Source: an uncultured Armatimonadetes bacterium (GTDB taxonomy: Bacteria; Armatimonadota; UBA5829; DTJY01). From it: a stretch of DNA of 64,000 nt. The translations under genes and the position numbers were made by a program. The notes under the pieces are model-generated. The model was not told where the DNA came from and searched no databases. It saw only the letters and a program-made list of their open reading frames with translations. Below are positions 46,728-56,750 of the stretch, one piece after another. Position 1 is the stretch's first letter, and each line of letters starts with the position of its first letter. The stretch is taken from positions 5,120,001-5,184,000 of the forward strand of contig OY970325.1 in NCBI GenBank assembly GCA_963717145.1. Direction: 5' to 3'.

Positions 46728-48214
46728 GATCTTTCCCCCGATCTGCTTCGAGCCCAGCGGTCGATGTGCCCTCGAAGCTCCTTCTCGATCTCAGTGTATG
46801 ACGGGTCACCGGCGAAGTTGTGCGTCTCATACGGATCGAGTTCGCGGTCGAAGAGCATATCTCCGTAGCCGTTTGCCTGCGGGACGATCCACTTGCCGAG
46901 CTTGTGCCGGTCCGTGATGACGGTGACCTGCGCGACGCTCTCCGACATGGCGAAACTCCGACCCAGCGGCTCACCGCGCTTCAGGAGAGCCGATAGCGTT
47001 CGGCCCTGCAGCGTGTAGTCCTTCGGATGGCCGATGCCCGCAAGATCGAGCAGCGTCGGATAGAGATCGATCAGCTCGACGAGATCGCTCGCCACAATGC
47101 CCTTCCTGACGCCGGGATACCGGACGATGAGCGGCACACGGAGCGTGTCCTCGTAGACGTTATGCGCGGCGGATGACTTCTCGATCATCCCGTGAGCGCC
47201 GACGAAGTCCCCGTGATCGGAGGTGTAGACGACGATCGTGTTGTCGGCCATCCCTTCCCGTTCGAGGGTGTCGAGGATAGCGCCGATGTGCTGATCGACC
47301 TCCGACACCAAGGCGTAGTAACATGCGATGTAGCGCCGGTAGAGGTTCACATCTTTGGCCGCCAGAGCGAGGCACCAGGGGGTATTCTTATTCTGCCGAA
47401 GCTTGGCCATCCCCGGCGGGAGGTTCTCCTTTGGCTCATAGAGGCTCGGGGGAAGCTGAATCTTCGCCGGGTCGTACATATCGGCGTGCTTCTTGACGGG
47501 AGTGTACGGCTGATGGGGGCGGAGGAATGATGCCCAGCAGAAGAACGGCTGCTTTCGGCCCTTCATATCGCGGAGGAAATCGATCGTCTTGCGGGCGGCG
47601 TAGGACTCCATCGTCTCTTCCGGCTTCAGGTCGCTGATGTGGCTGCCCATCGGAACAGCTTTGCCCTTGCCGTTCTCGCCCATCCAGTCGCGCATGAACG
47701 CGTCCATCTGGCCGCGCTGCTCTATCCACTCATAGTACGTCTCATCCGACTTCTCGTGCCGCGGATCGAGGATCGTGCATGTGCGGTCGAATCCGATATC
47801 CATCGTGCGCGGGAGATGCCGCTTCCCGAATGCCGCCGTGCGGTATCCCTTGTCCTGCAGGTACTTCGCCAGCGGAAGGAATCCGGTCGGACCGCCGCCC
47901 CAGTGCGAGTTGTCGAGGACGCCCAGGGTGCGGCAGTACTTCCCGGTCATCATCGAGGCTCGGGAAGGCACGCATATCCCGTCCTGGCAGTATGCCCTCG
48001 AGAAGCGCACTCCTTCCCCGGCGAGCCTGTCGAGGTGCGGTGTGCGAACGTCCGGATGGCCGGCGCACTGGAGCACGTCCGCATTGTGCTGGTCGGAGTA
48101 GAGGAACAGGATGTTCGGCGGCCCGCTCCGGCGCTCAGCGGCTTCCACTCGGGGATCGATCAGTCCCGCGAGTCCCGCCGCCGCGCAGCCTCGCATGAAA
48201 TCTCTTCTATTCAC
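46724..48214 (-). CDS. Tat-exported sulfatase
   Basis: GTG start after AAGGAG; NRRDFM signal; PNILFLYSDQH, CVPSRASMMTG, TSDHG. Confidence 0.92.
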   Translation of the reverse strand: MNRRDFMRGCAAAGLAGLIDPRVEAAERRSGPPNILFLYSDQHNADVLQCAGHPDVRTPHLDRLAGEGVRFSRAYCQDGICVPSRASMMTGKYCRTLGVLDNSHWGGGPTGFLPLAKYLQDKGYRTAAFGKRHLPRTMDIGFDRTCTILDPRHEKSDETYYEWIEQRGQMDAFMRDWMGENGKGKAVPMGSHISDLKPEETMESYAARKTIDFLRDMKGRKQPFFCWASFLRPHQPYTPVKKHADMYDPAKIQLPPSLYEPKENLPPGMAKLRQNKNTPWCLALAAKDVNLYRRYIACYYALVSEVDQHIGAILDTLEREGMADNTIVVYTSDHGDFVGAHGMIEKSSAAHNVYEDTLRVPLIVRYPGVRKGIVASDLVELIDLYPTLLDLAGIGHPKDYTLQGRTLSALLKRGEPLGRSFAMSESVAQVTVITDRHKLGKWIVPQANGYGDMLFDRELDPYETHNFAGDPSYTEIEKELRGHIDRWARSRSGERS

Positions 48215-49632
48215 CGTCTGATCTCCTTGATACATCGGTCGTCGGTCCAGTGATCGCGGTACCAGGCGCTCGACTCGTTGGTATCGCCGAGTTCTTCCAT
48301 GCGCGTCTGCATCAGCGAGCGGAGATGCTCTCGAACCTCTCCGTGCGCGGGATTTCCTGCCAGGTTGCGCATCTGATACGGATCGGCGATGTTGTCGAAG
48401 AGCAGTTCGCTCCCGTCGCGCCGGTAGACCGCGAAAGTGTGCTGCCGGTTCCGAACCGCGCGCCACTCGAACCCGGGGTCCCAACTCGCGCACGCGCCGG
48501 TGTTCTGCAGGAACGCAACTTTCGGACCAGTTCCGGGCTTCCTGAAGGCAGAGCGGCTTAGATCTGTCCCCTCGACCTTCGATGGGATCGGAAGTCCCAT
48601 CGCGGAGAGAAGCGTGGGCATGATGTCCGGGGTGTTGAGGCAGGCATCCGTCACGCTGCCGGCGGGAGTCCTCCCGGGCATGCGCATGAGGAACGGCACG
48701 CGGACCGCCTCCTCGTAGAAGATGTTCTTTGCGAGCCGTCCCTGCGCGCCGAACATCTCGCCGTGGTCCGACGTGAAGACGACGATCGTGTCGTCCGCCA
48801 CGCCTGCCTTGTCGAGCGCCTTCAGGAGTCGGCCGAAGTTCCAGTCGAGGTTCGCGGTCATCGCGTAGTAGACCCGCATCCAGTCCGGGAGCGCGGCTCG
48901 CTCGCCCGGATTCCTGAAGAGTCCCCAGTTGTCCGAGTAGGGATCGTTCTCGGGCTTGTAGTTCGGCGGGTAGTCGAACTCATGGAGTTCGGTGTCGCCG
49001 GCGAACATCCTCAGGTACTCCGGCGGGACGTTGTCGGCCCCCCACGGCGCGTGCGGAGTGCCGACGGACAGGAAGACGGCGAACGGCTTGTCCCCCCGGG
49101 CATGTTTCTCGATCCGATCGATCGCCAGCGACGTCTGGAAGTCGGGCTCATACCCCTCCACGGGTATCTGCTCGGGCGAGTCGGTATGGTAGAAGCCTTT
49201 GTAGTATTCGTGATTGAAGCCGTAAGACGTCCAGAATCCGTCGAATCCCAGGCGGTAGGGCCCCGGCGGGGTGAAAGAGTTCTTCGGATCGCGGTGATTG
49301 CCGAGTTGGTTCGCCCAGAGATGCCACTTGCCGATGTAGGAGGTGTCGTATCCGCTGCGCGTCAGCACGTGGCCGATGCACTCATGGTTCGGATTGATAC
49401 GCAGCTCGTTGATCACCATGCCGGTCGAGGTCGTATACTGGCCGGTGAAGAGGGAGGCTCGATAAGCGGCGCATACGGGATGGCCCGAGATGGCCTGTCG
49501 GAAGTCGACGCCCTCCGCTGCGAATGCGTTGATATTCGGCGTGCGCGCCCTCGGATCGCCCGCGTGACCGCACGACTGGTATCGAAGCTGATCGGCCACG
49601 AAGAACACGAGATTCGGCTGACGTTGTGCCAT
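48211..49632 (-). CDS. Sulfatase (cytoplasmic, CxAxR variant)
   Basis: PNLVFFVADQLR, CAAYRASLFTG, GKWHL, TSDHG; real start ATG 49632 (longer ORF is an antisense shadow). Confidence 0.9.
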   Translation of the reverse strand: MAQRQPNLVFFVADQLRYQSCGHAGDPRARTPNINAFAAEGVDFRQAISGHPVCAAYRASLFTGQYTTSTGMVINELRINPNHECIGHVLTRSGYDTSYIGKWHLWANQLGNHRDPKNSFTPPGPYRLGFDGFWTSYGFNHEYYKGFYHTDSPEQIPVEGYEPDFQTSLAIDRIEKHARGDKPFAVFLSVGTPHAPWGADNVPPEYLRMFAGDTELHEFDYPPNYKPENDPYSDNWGLFRNPGERAALPDWMRVYYAMTANLDWNFGRLLKALDKAGVADDTIVVFTSDHGEMFGAQGRLAKNIFYEEAVRVPFLMRMPGRTPAGSVTDACLNTPDIMPTLLSAMGLPIPSKVEGTDLSRSAFRKPGTGPKVAFLQNTGACASWDPGFEWRAVRNRQHTFAVYRRDGSELLFDNIADPYQMRNLAGNPAHGEVREHLRSLMQTRMEELGDTNESSAWYRDHWTDDRCIKEIRR

Positions 49633-49704
49633 GATGTATGATTCGCCTTCGAGTTCGTCACTCCCTCTCAGGGAGATTCGGTTCGGATGGCGAATAGTAG
49701 GCAT

Positions 49705-52023
49705 ATGCGATATGCCCTGCCGATCTTGATTCTGTGCCTCGCGTGTGCTCAGGCGGACTCCCTGCTGCCGGGGATGGTTCAGCCCGCCTATCGCGACTGG
49801 GCGATGCGTCCGGGCGCCATGTACGGCTTCTGGCTCTGTACCGGTGCCCGTTCGATCGCGGACCAGATGGATCGAACTGGGGCAAACGCCACCTCCGTGC
49901 ACATGATGATGGGCGTCGAGCAGGATGGGGCTGAGGTCAGAATGCGAGCGCCGAGTCCGCCGCTGGAGATGCCGGTCAGCGCGGGAGTCGGAGTCGGCGA
50001 GCACAACAATCCTTTCTTCGTGCGCTACCCCGAGTGGTTCTGGGGACTGCATCAGGAGGCGCGGATGAAGGATCGGGACGGCAGGACGATCCTCGCGGGC
50101 GACAACCGAGTGCCGGCGATGGATGATCCGCTGCTCACTCGACTGGCGAAGGATCAGATGACCGAGATGGTGCGCCTGCTCGGCGATCGGGATTGGGTCC
50201 GCTACTGGGTCATCGGCGGCGAGGAGTCGTGGCCGGACTACTTCGGCCTCCCCGAGGGCGACTACCGTCCCGCCGCCCGCCGGCACTTCGCCGCATGGAA
50301 GGCGTTCCATACACGACAGAACGAGGTTCTTGATGCTTCGGTAGCAAAGCAGAGCGGCGCTGCCGAAGCGTCGAGAACCTCGTGGCGCGAGTTCCGTGAC
50401 CCCGTCGTCATCGACCGATATGCCGGATACACGGCGCACCTCCATGCGCTCGATCCGACGCGTTCGGCGATGATCCCGACGCACGGCAATCCGTTCACGT
50501 TCGACTTCCGATCCAAGCTCGGATATCCGATCGCGGACTTGGTGGGCGTCGCGGATGGATTCGAGGCCGGCCCGATCTCGATCGACGACGATTGCGAGCG
50601 CCTCATCCGAATGACGCTCGACCAGCAGACGAGCTTCGGCCTGCCGGTCGCCGCACCCCGGCTCGGGAACAAGCAGCTGGACCCGTCCGCTCGTGGTGGT
50701 GGGCGGACCTTCACTCCCGCGAGCCTGCGCCGGACCGTTTACGAGGCGCTCGGGCTCGGCGTCGGGCACATCGGGCTCGTTCAATGGGCGGGCGACCTCC
50801 CTGACGGCGAGTGGGGGATCGCCGGCAGACCCGCCGAGGTCGAGGCGAAGCGCGTCTTCGAGGAGCTTCGACTCGCTGGGCCGTATCTCGACGGCTGCTC
50901 CCGACTTCAGCCGCGCGTGGGGGTCTTCATCTCCGATGCGACCTGGAGCCGCTGGTGGCAGGACCGCTGGACGCTCCTCTATGACGAGGCGATCCGGCGC
51001 GGATGGTCGGTCGTGTTGCTGACCGACCCGCAGATCGATGCGGGACTTGCCTCCAGGACACCGGTTCTCATCAGCGTGGATAATCGGGACATCGCTCCCA
51101 CGACGCAGGTGCGGCTCTCGGAATACACGCGTGCGGGCGGACGGATCATCATTCCCGAGGACGTGGACGGCCCGACGGTGCGTGTGATCCATCAGACGCA
51201 GACAACCGAGGGCGCGAACACCTGGCCGGTCGAGGTGAAACCGCTCCCGATGGATGCGATCGAGGCCGCCATCGTCCCCGCTGATCTTCGCCCGGTGATT
51301 GTGCTGGAGAACGGCAAGCACGCGGAAGGGATCGAGCCGCTGCTCCTCACTGACGGGACGAACATGCAGGTGGTCCTGGTCAACCGCACGAAGGAACGCA
51401 GGAACGTCCGGCTCTCGTCTGATAATGTCGGACCGGTCGGACCAGTCGGACAAGTCAGAGATCTCCTTACTGGCGAGCTGGTCCCCGGTGACATCACCAT
51501 CGAGCCGCTGGGGACGGCGCTCGTTTCTCTCGAGACGCCGATCAGCGCTGAGATGGCGAAATCCGAGGTCGAGAAAGCCGAGGCCGCCGCCGCCCGGTGG
51601 ACGAAACTTGGCGCTGAGGGCCACTTCGCTTCTCTCCTCACACGTGCACAGGATCACCTCAAGGCGGAGCGTCCATCGAAGGCCTATGCGCTCGCGCGGA
51701 GCATCACCCACTCCCTGGCGCTTCGGAACTCAGTCGACGGACTGCGCGTCGAGGCGCTGGCGTGGGATGCCGACGGACGACCCGCGAAGAACGCCCGGGT
51801 TCGCATGCGGCTCGTGCCTGGCAAGTTCGAGTGGTCCGCGCTGCACGAGACGTCTCCCGGCGTCTACCGTATCGATCTGAGGAGGGAGGACCTCCCGCTG
51901 TTCTACAATCCCTCGACCGAGAAGTATGAACTCGCCGACGGTGCGACCGAGATCATCGTCGATGCGTCCGTCGGCGACCTTCGGGGCGGCATGCGGGCCT
52001 CGATATCATTGAACGGCAGGTAG
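49705..52023 (+). CDS. Secreted hypothetical protein, GH42-like TIM barrel with trimerisation-like domain
   Basis: Signal peptide; RYPEWF, VIGGEESWP, F.AW, W.EFR, ALDP.R, VGVFISD motifs. Confidence 0.6.
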   Translation: MRYALPILILCLACAQADSLLPGMVQPAYRDWAMRPGAMYGFWLCTGARSIADQMDRTGANATSVHMMMGVEQDGAEVRMRAPSPPLEMPVSAGVGVGEHNNPFFVRYPEWFWGLHQEARMKDRDGRTILAGDNRVPAMDDPLLTRLAKDQMTEMVRLLGDRDWVRYWVIGGEESWPDYFGLPEGDYRPAARRHFAAWKAFHTRQNEVLDASVAKQSGAAEASRTSWREFRDPVVIDRYAGYTAHLHALDPTRSAMIPTHGNPFTFDFRSKLGYPIADLVGVADGFEAGPISIDDDCERLIRMTLDQQTSFGLPVAAPRLGNKQLDPSARGGGRTFTPASLRRTVYEALGLGVGHIGLVQWAGDLPDGEWGIAGRPAEVEAKRVFEELRLAGPYLDGCSRLQPRVGVFISDATWSRWWQDRWTLLYDEAIRRGWSVVLLTDPQIDAGLASRTPVLISVDNRDIAPTTQVRLSEYTRAGGRIIIPEDVDGPTVRVIHQTQTTEGANTWPVEVKPLPMDAIEAAIVPADLRPVIVLENGKHAEGIEPLLLTDGTNMQVVLVNRTKERRNVRLSSDNVGPVGPVGQVRDLLTGELVPGDITIEPLGTALVSLETPISAEMAKSEVEKAEAAAARWTKLGAEGHFASLLTRAQDHLKAERPSKAYALARSITHSLALRNSVDGLRVEALAWDADGRPAKNARVRMRLVPGKFEWSALHETSPGVYRIDLRREDLPLFYNPSTEKYELADGATEIIVDASVGDLRGGMRASISLNGR

Positions 52024-55000
52024 ATGATGAAGATGATGCTATTTCTGACGCTTGTTATCGCTGTGTCCGCGATCGGCGCGTCGCGTGCCGATGAGCCGCT
52101 GATCGGCTTCGTCAACCACTTCCCCTGGATCGACAAGGGGATGGACGACGTGCCGAAATCGGGCTCGAATGCCGTGATCTTCCGTGCGGTCTCCGGCATC
52201 GAGGCGGAGGAGGGGAAGTATGACTGGAACAGTATCGACTGGCAGATCGCGTTCGCGGAGAAGAACAAGCTGAAGATCATCCTGCTCCTGGAGGCGAACC
52301 CGGTCTACTCGCCTGCCTGGCTGACGGAGAAATGCCGTGCAGCCGGCGAAATGCAGATGGATTTCAACGGACGACCTCACACCACGCCGTCGATGACCTC
52401 GGGCATCTTCAAGGCCTGGCACGAGAAGTTCGTCCGCGCCGTGATCGCTCATATCCGGGAGCGCGATACGACCGGCGTAGTGATCGGCTATCAGCCCGGC
52501 GCGGAGTGGTGGTACGAGTCGGGATTTCGCTTCAACCCCGCGGAGATCGCGGCGTTCAGGCAGTGGCTCGAGGCCAAGTACGGATCGATCGACCGCCTGA
52601 ATTCGACCTGGAAGAGCGGTTACAGCAGCTTCGATGCCGTGAATCCACCGAAGCTGACCGGCTCCGAGTTGGGGGCGGCGGACCGCCTCTCGCCCTTCGA
52701 GCCCGCTGAGGACATCGCCAATGACCTCTCATGGAGCATCCACACCGACGTGCCTATCGAAGCGGGCAAGGAATACGTCTTCCGCGCGAAGGTCCGGACG
52801 AAAGACGTGCGAGGGGAGGGCGCATTCCTCCAAATCGCGTGGCGTCAGGGCGACAACGGAACGCCGATATGGACCTCGAACAGCGACCGGCTGAAGGGCA
52901 CGGCATCCTGGCGACAGTTGGAGATGATCGTGAAGGCCCCGGACCGGGCGAAGTCCGCGTGGCTGCTCCTCAAGCTGCACGGCAACGGCACGGTCAGCTT
53001 CGACGACGTCTTCTTCGGCGAGAAGGGATCGGAGCTTAACCTCGCGCCGAACCCGGATCTCAGTCAGGGCACGGACACTCCCGACGCCTGGTTCCTGGAC
53101 AACTGGACGCAGAGCCCTCGGGCGAAGGGCAGATTCGAGAGCGGTTCCCTCACCATCGACATGCCTCGCTCGGATGAAAAGCGCGAGTTCGGGAACATGC
53201 GGGCCGTCTCGTACGACTGGTTCACGTTCGGGAGCGAGTTCCTCGGCGACTACATCGAAGGGTTCTGCAAGCTGGTCAAACATGCCGATCCATCGCGGCT
53301 CACGGTCGGTTACCTTACTTATGCGTTCGCCTTTTCTGTGGAGTGGGACTATACGCAGCACGTCGGGATGGCGCTCGATGTCATCCTTCCGAAGCTCCGG
53401 CATATGGATGTCATCGGCATGCAGATCTGCTCCGCCGACGGTGACCCCGTGAGGATCACGGCCGCGATCGACCTCGCGCGGAAGTATGGCAAGCCGGTCT
53501 ACGCGATTGACGTCATCGACTTCACGTCCGGCGTCGCGGTCGGCTACCCGGCGATGGATAATGTCACTAAGGAGGCGATCCGTCACGGCGCGACCGGCGT
53601 GTTCTACTACTGCTGGTATGGCACTCCCGATTACGATTACTACACCGGCATGCCGCTCGCCGATCTCGAGAAGATGCTCACGCGGGGCAGGAGGTCCGCG
53701 GCCGATGCGCCCTCCCGGGTCGCGATCATCCAGCCGATCTTGCCGACGGTCTTCGCAAGCGGGCCGAGGGACAACGACTTCCGCGACTTCGTCGGCGTGT
53801 ACAAGGCTGTCACGGATCTGAGCATAATCCCGGACATCTGGACACTGCACGAACTCGCCGAGCAGAGGCCCGACCTCCGGGCGCGGTACGATGTGATCTT
53901 CCTTCCGGACTGTGCGTACTCCCTGCCTGAGGTTCCCGGTATCCTCCGAGACTTCATGAAGCGCGGGGGAAAGCTTGTCACCTCGGGCCGAATTCCACAG
54001 GTCGATCACCTCGGCAACAAGATCAGCGCCCGGCTCGACGGCGCGGTCTCCCTGGGGCGCTTCGGCACGGACTACCTTGGGGAGATCGTTCGCTCCACGA
54101 GCGCCGGGAATACGCCGCCGCTATTCCGACAAGTCGCGGATGCCGGTCTGGAAAAGCGTCGTGAGGCCCTGAGGGAGAAGATCTCGGGATTTCTTCCCAC
54201 GACCATCGCATGGAGCGGCGAATCCCATGCCGGTGAGGGCTTCAAATGCCCGCTCGAACTGCGAAACGGCGACATCCTCGTCAACAGGACGGTAGGTGTC
54301 CCCTCAGGAGGCGTCTCGATCGCCTGTTTCCGAAGCACCGACAGTGGCCTGACATGGAGCAGGTTCAGCGATATCGTCCATAGCGACGAGCCGGGCATCG
54401 ACATCGGCGACGGGCACATGATGCGGTTGCGCAACGGCGACATCCTCTACTCCTACCGCAGGAACCTGGGCAGGCAGCATACGTATCGCCTGGAGGTCGC
54501 GATCAGCAGGGACAATGGCGCGACGTGGAAGCCGCATTCGGAGGTCGCACGAGCCGAGGGCGAATTCCGCGGCCTCTGGTCGACCTTCCTGCTGGAGAAA
54601 AGCGACGGCACGCTCCAATGCTACTACGATGACGAGGATACCCCCGGCAAGGCCGGCTTCCATCGGCATCAGTGGCTCACGATGAAGACGTGGGAGCCCA
54701 GGTCAAAGACATGGATCGACCCCGTCACAGTGAGCCGGGCGCACAACTCGGTGCATCTCTCGCGCGACGGCATGTGCACGGTCGTCGAGCTGTCGAAGAA
54801 CAAGCTGCTCTGCGCCTTCGAGACCGTGCAGACGTATCCGCCGCACAGAGGCGTGCTCATGTCCGTGACCTCGGACGACGGCGGCAAGACGTGGAGTTGG
54901 CAGCGGAAGGAGCGCGATCTGCTCTATCAGCCGCCGAACCCGGACTTCAATGCGCTCGCCTCGTGGATGATCAAGCTCTCGACGGGTGACATCCTCTGCG

Positions 55001-55248
55001 TCTTCACGACCGACGAGGACCGTGAGAAACCGGGAGTCGCCGCCACCGCTGTAATGGACCAGTCACTTAAGTACATCATCAGCCGCGACGGGGGTAAGAC
55101 CTGGTCGAAGTCATCCGTCATTGACGCGGATCACCCGATCTACTTCCCAGGGGTCTGCGAGCTGAGGCACGGCGAGCGGAAGGGCGCGCTCCTCGTGCAG
55201 TACAGCGGCCCCCGGGGACATGAAGTGAAGCGTGGTACGATGCCCTGA
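52024..55248 (+). CDS. Multidomain secreted glycosidase: GH42-like barrel with CBM-like insert plus C-terminal BNR/Asp-box (sialidase-like) propeller
   Basis: IE.EEGKYDW..ID, PAWL, FRQWLEAKYGSIDRLN.TW; four S.D.G.TW Asp-boxes in the C-terminal third. Confidence 0.75.
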   Translation: MMKMMLFLTLVIAVSAIGASRADEPLIGFVNHFPWIDKGMDDVPKSGSNAVIFRAVSGIEAEEGKYDWNSIDWQIAFAEKNKLKIILLLEANPVYSPAWLTEKCRAAGEMQMDFNGRPHTTPSMTSGIFKAWHEKFVRAVIAHIRERDTTGVVIGYQPGAEWWYESGFRFNPAEIAAFRQWLEAKYGSIDRLNSTWKSGYSSFDAVNPPKLTGSELGAADRLSPFEPAEDIANDLSWSIHTDVPIEAGKEYVFRAKVRTKDVRGEGAFLQIAWRQGDNGTPIWTSNSDRLKGTASWRQLEMIVKAPDRAKSAWLLLKLHGNGTVSFDDVFFGEKGSELNLAPNPDLSQGTDTPDAWFLDNWTQSPRAKGRFESGSLTIDMPRSDEKREFGNMRAVSYDWFTFGSEFLGDYIEGFCKLVKHADPSRLTVGYLTYAFAFSVEWDYTQHVGMALDVILPKLRHMDVIGMQICSADGDPVRITAAIDLARKYGKPVYAIDVIDFTSGVAVGYPAMDNVTKEAIRHGATGVFYYCWYGTPDYDYYTGMPLADLEKMLTRGRRSAADAPSRVAIIQPILPTVFASGPRDNDFRDFVGVYKAVTDLSIIPDIWTLHELAEQRPDLRARYDVIFLPDCAYSLPEVPGILRDFMKRGGKLVTSGRIPQVDHLGNKISARLDGAVSLGRFGTDYLGEIVRSTSAGNTPPLFRQVADAGLEKRREALREKISGFLPTTIAWSGESHAGEGFKCPLELRNGDILVNRTVGVPSGGVSIACFRSTDSGLTWSRFSDIVHSDEPGIDIGDGHMMRLRNGDILYSYRRNLGRQHTYRLEVAISRDNGATWKPHSEVARAEGEFRGLWSTFLLEKSDGTLQCYYDDEDTPGKAGFHRHQWLTMKTWEPRSKTWIDPVTVSRAHNSVHLSRDGMCTVVELSKNKLLCAFETVQTYPPHRGVLMSVTSDDGGKTWSWQRKERDLLYQPPNPDFNALASWMIKLSTGDILCVFTTDEDREKPGVAATAVMDQSLKYIISRDGGKTWSKSSVIDADHPIYFPGVCELRHGERKGALLVQYSGPRGHEVKRGTMP

Positions 55249-55358
55249 CGACGCCTGTGGAGTGCGTTGATCCTGAACCAAGTTCAGGATGACGGCGACT
55301 CTAGTCATCCTGAACTTGGTTCAGGATCAACGCACTCCACAGGCGTCGTCAGGGCATC
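55239..55358. repeat. 120-bp perfect palindrome with GTCATCCTGAACTTGGTTCAGGATC core
   Basis: 55-bp arms 55239-55293 / 55304-55358; left arm includes the stop codon of the upstream gene. Confidence 0.9.
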
Positions 55359-55408
55359 CTCGGCAAGAGGATTTGCCTCGGGTCTCGGTGAAGTTCCCAG
55401 GAAGAACC

Positions 55409-56750
55409 ATGCGCTATTTCCCTTATGGTAAAGCCGCCTTGTGTATACTGACAGCCGCCGTGATATCCGGCGTCTGGTTGCTTGCCCACCCCGTACGCCA
55501 GAAGACCGCCACCCTCACTTTCTGGATCTTTGCCAAGAACCACTATGATGCCTGTCTCGAGGCCGCCAACTCGTTCGAGAAGACCCATCCGGGCGTGACT
55601 GTGGACGTGCAACTGGTGGCCGGTCCGGCCGTGACCCACCGGCTGCAGGCCGCGTTCTGGAGCGACCTCGATGTCCCCGATCTGGTCGAGACCGAGATAA
55701 GCGCCGCCGGGATGTTCTTCCGGGGACCGCTCGAGCACGTGGGCTTCGTCGACCTCACCGACCGCATTCATGAGTCGGGGCTCTGGGACGAAATGGTCCA
55801 GTCGCGGTTCGCTCCCTATACCGAGCCGGGGACGCATCTTCGGCCTGCCGAACGATATCCATCCGGTGATGTTGGCGTACCGGCGGGACATCTTCGAGCA
55901 GGAGGGCGTCGATGTAAGCGAGATCAAGACCTGGGACGATTTCGTCGCGGTCGGGCGCAAGTTGACGATCCCGAACAAGCGGTACATGATCGAGTTCTCT
56001 GACAGCAGCCCGTGGTCGCTGGAGATGCTCCTCTTCCAGCGAGGCGGCGGATACTTCGATGCCGAGGGCCGGTGCACGATGGATGACGAGATCGCCGTGC
56101 AGACGATGCGCTGGTATGTGCCGCTGGTCGCCGGCCCGAAGAAGATCGGCAACAGCCTCGGAAGCGGCCAGGGCAGCGGCCAGATGCTGACGCGAGCTGT
56201 TGAGGACGCCTATATACTCTGCCTGATCGCGCCCGACTGGCGGACGAAGCAGATAGAGATGGACATCCCGCGCATGTCTGGCAAGATGGCACTGATGCCG
56301 CTCCCCGCCGTGAAACCGGGCGGACGGTGCACGAGCACATGGGGCGGGACGATGATCGGCGTCACCAAGCACTGCAGGAATCAGGACCTGGCGTGGGAGT
56401 TCGCCAGGCACCTGTATCTCGACAGCAGCGAACTCGCCGAGCGCTTCCGATCGACCAACACCCTGCCTGCTCTGCGCAAGGCGTGGCTCGAGCCGGCCTT
56501 CAATGAGCCGCGCCCGTACTGGAGTGGCCAGCGGATCGGGCAAATGTATGTGGGTCTTGCCCCGGAAGTCCCCCCACAGTACACGAGCCCGTTCGTCGTG
56601 ACCGCCAAGTCGAAGATGAGCGAGGCGCTCGTTGAGTGCGTCCAGCGATACAATCAGCACGGTGATGAAGGCTTCGAGGAGTCCGTCCGCGCCACACTGA
56701 AGAAGAGCGCTGATGAGGTCCGAGCGATGATCAGGAGGAACCCCTATTGA
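55409..56750 (+). CDS. Oligosaccharide ABC substrate-binding protein (frameshift at ~55821)
   Basis: ORFs 55289-56002 and 55770-56750 join; FEKTHPGVTV, PDLVE, IFGLP.D, YRRDIFE, TWDDF, WGGT. Confidence 0.85.

Noticed and set aside
49633-51711. N-terminal 690 aa of the 1166-aa minus-strand ORF
   Set aside because: Antisense shadow of gene 49705-52023; sulfatase homology starts at ATG 49632
1135-55830. Programmed frameshifting or phase variation at the split genes
   Set aside because: No slippery heptamers or long simple repeats at the junctions; scattered single-base indels fit sequencing error better
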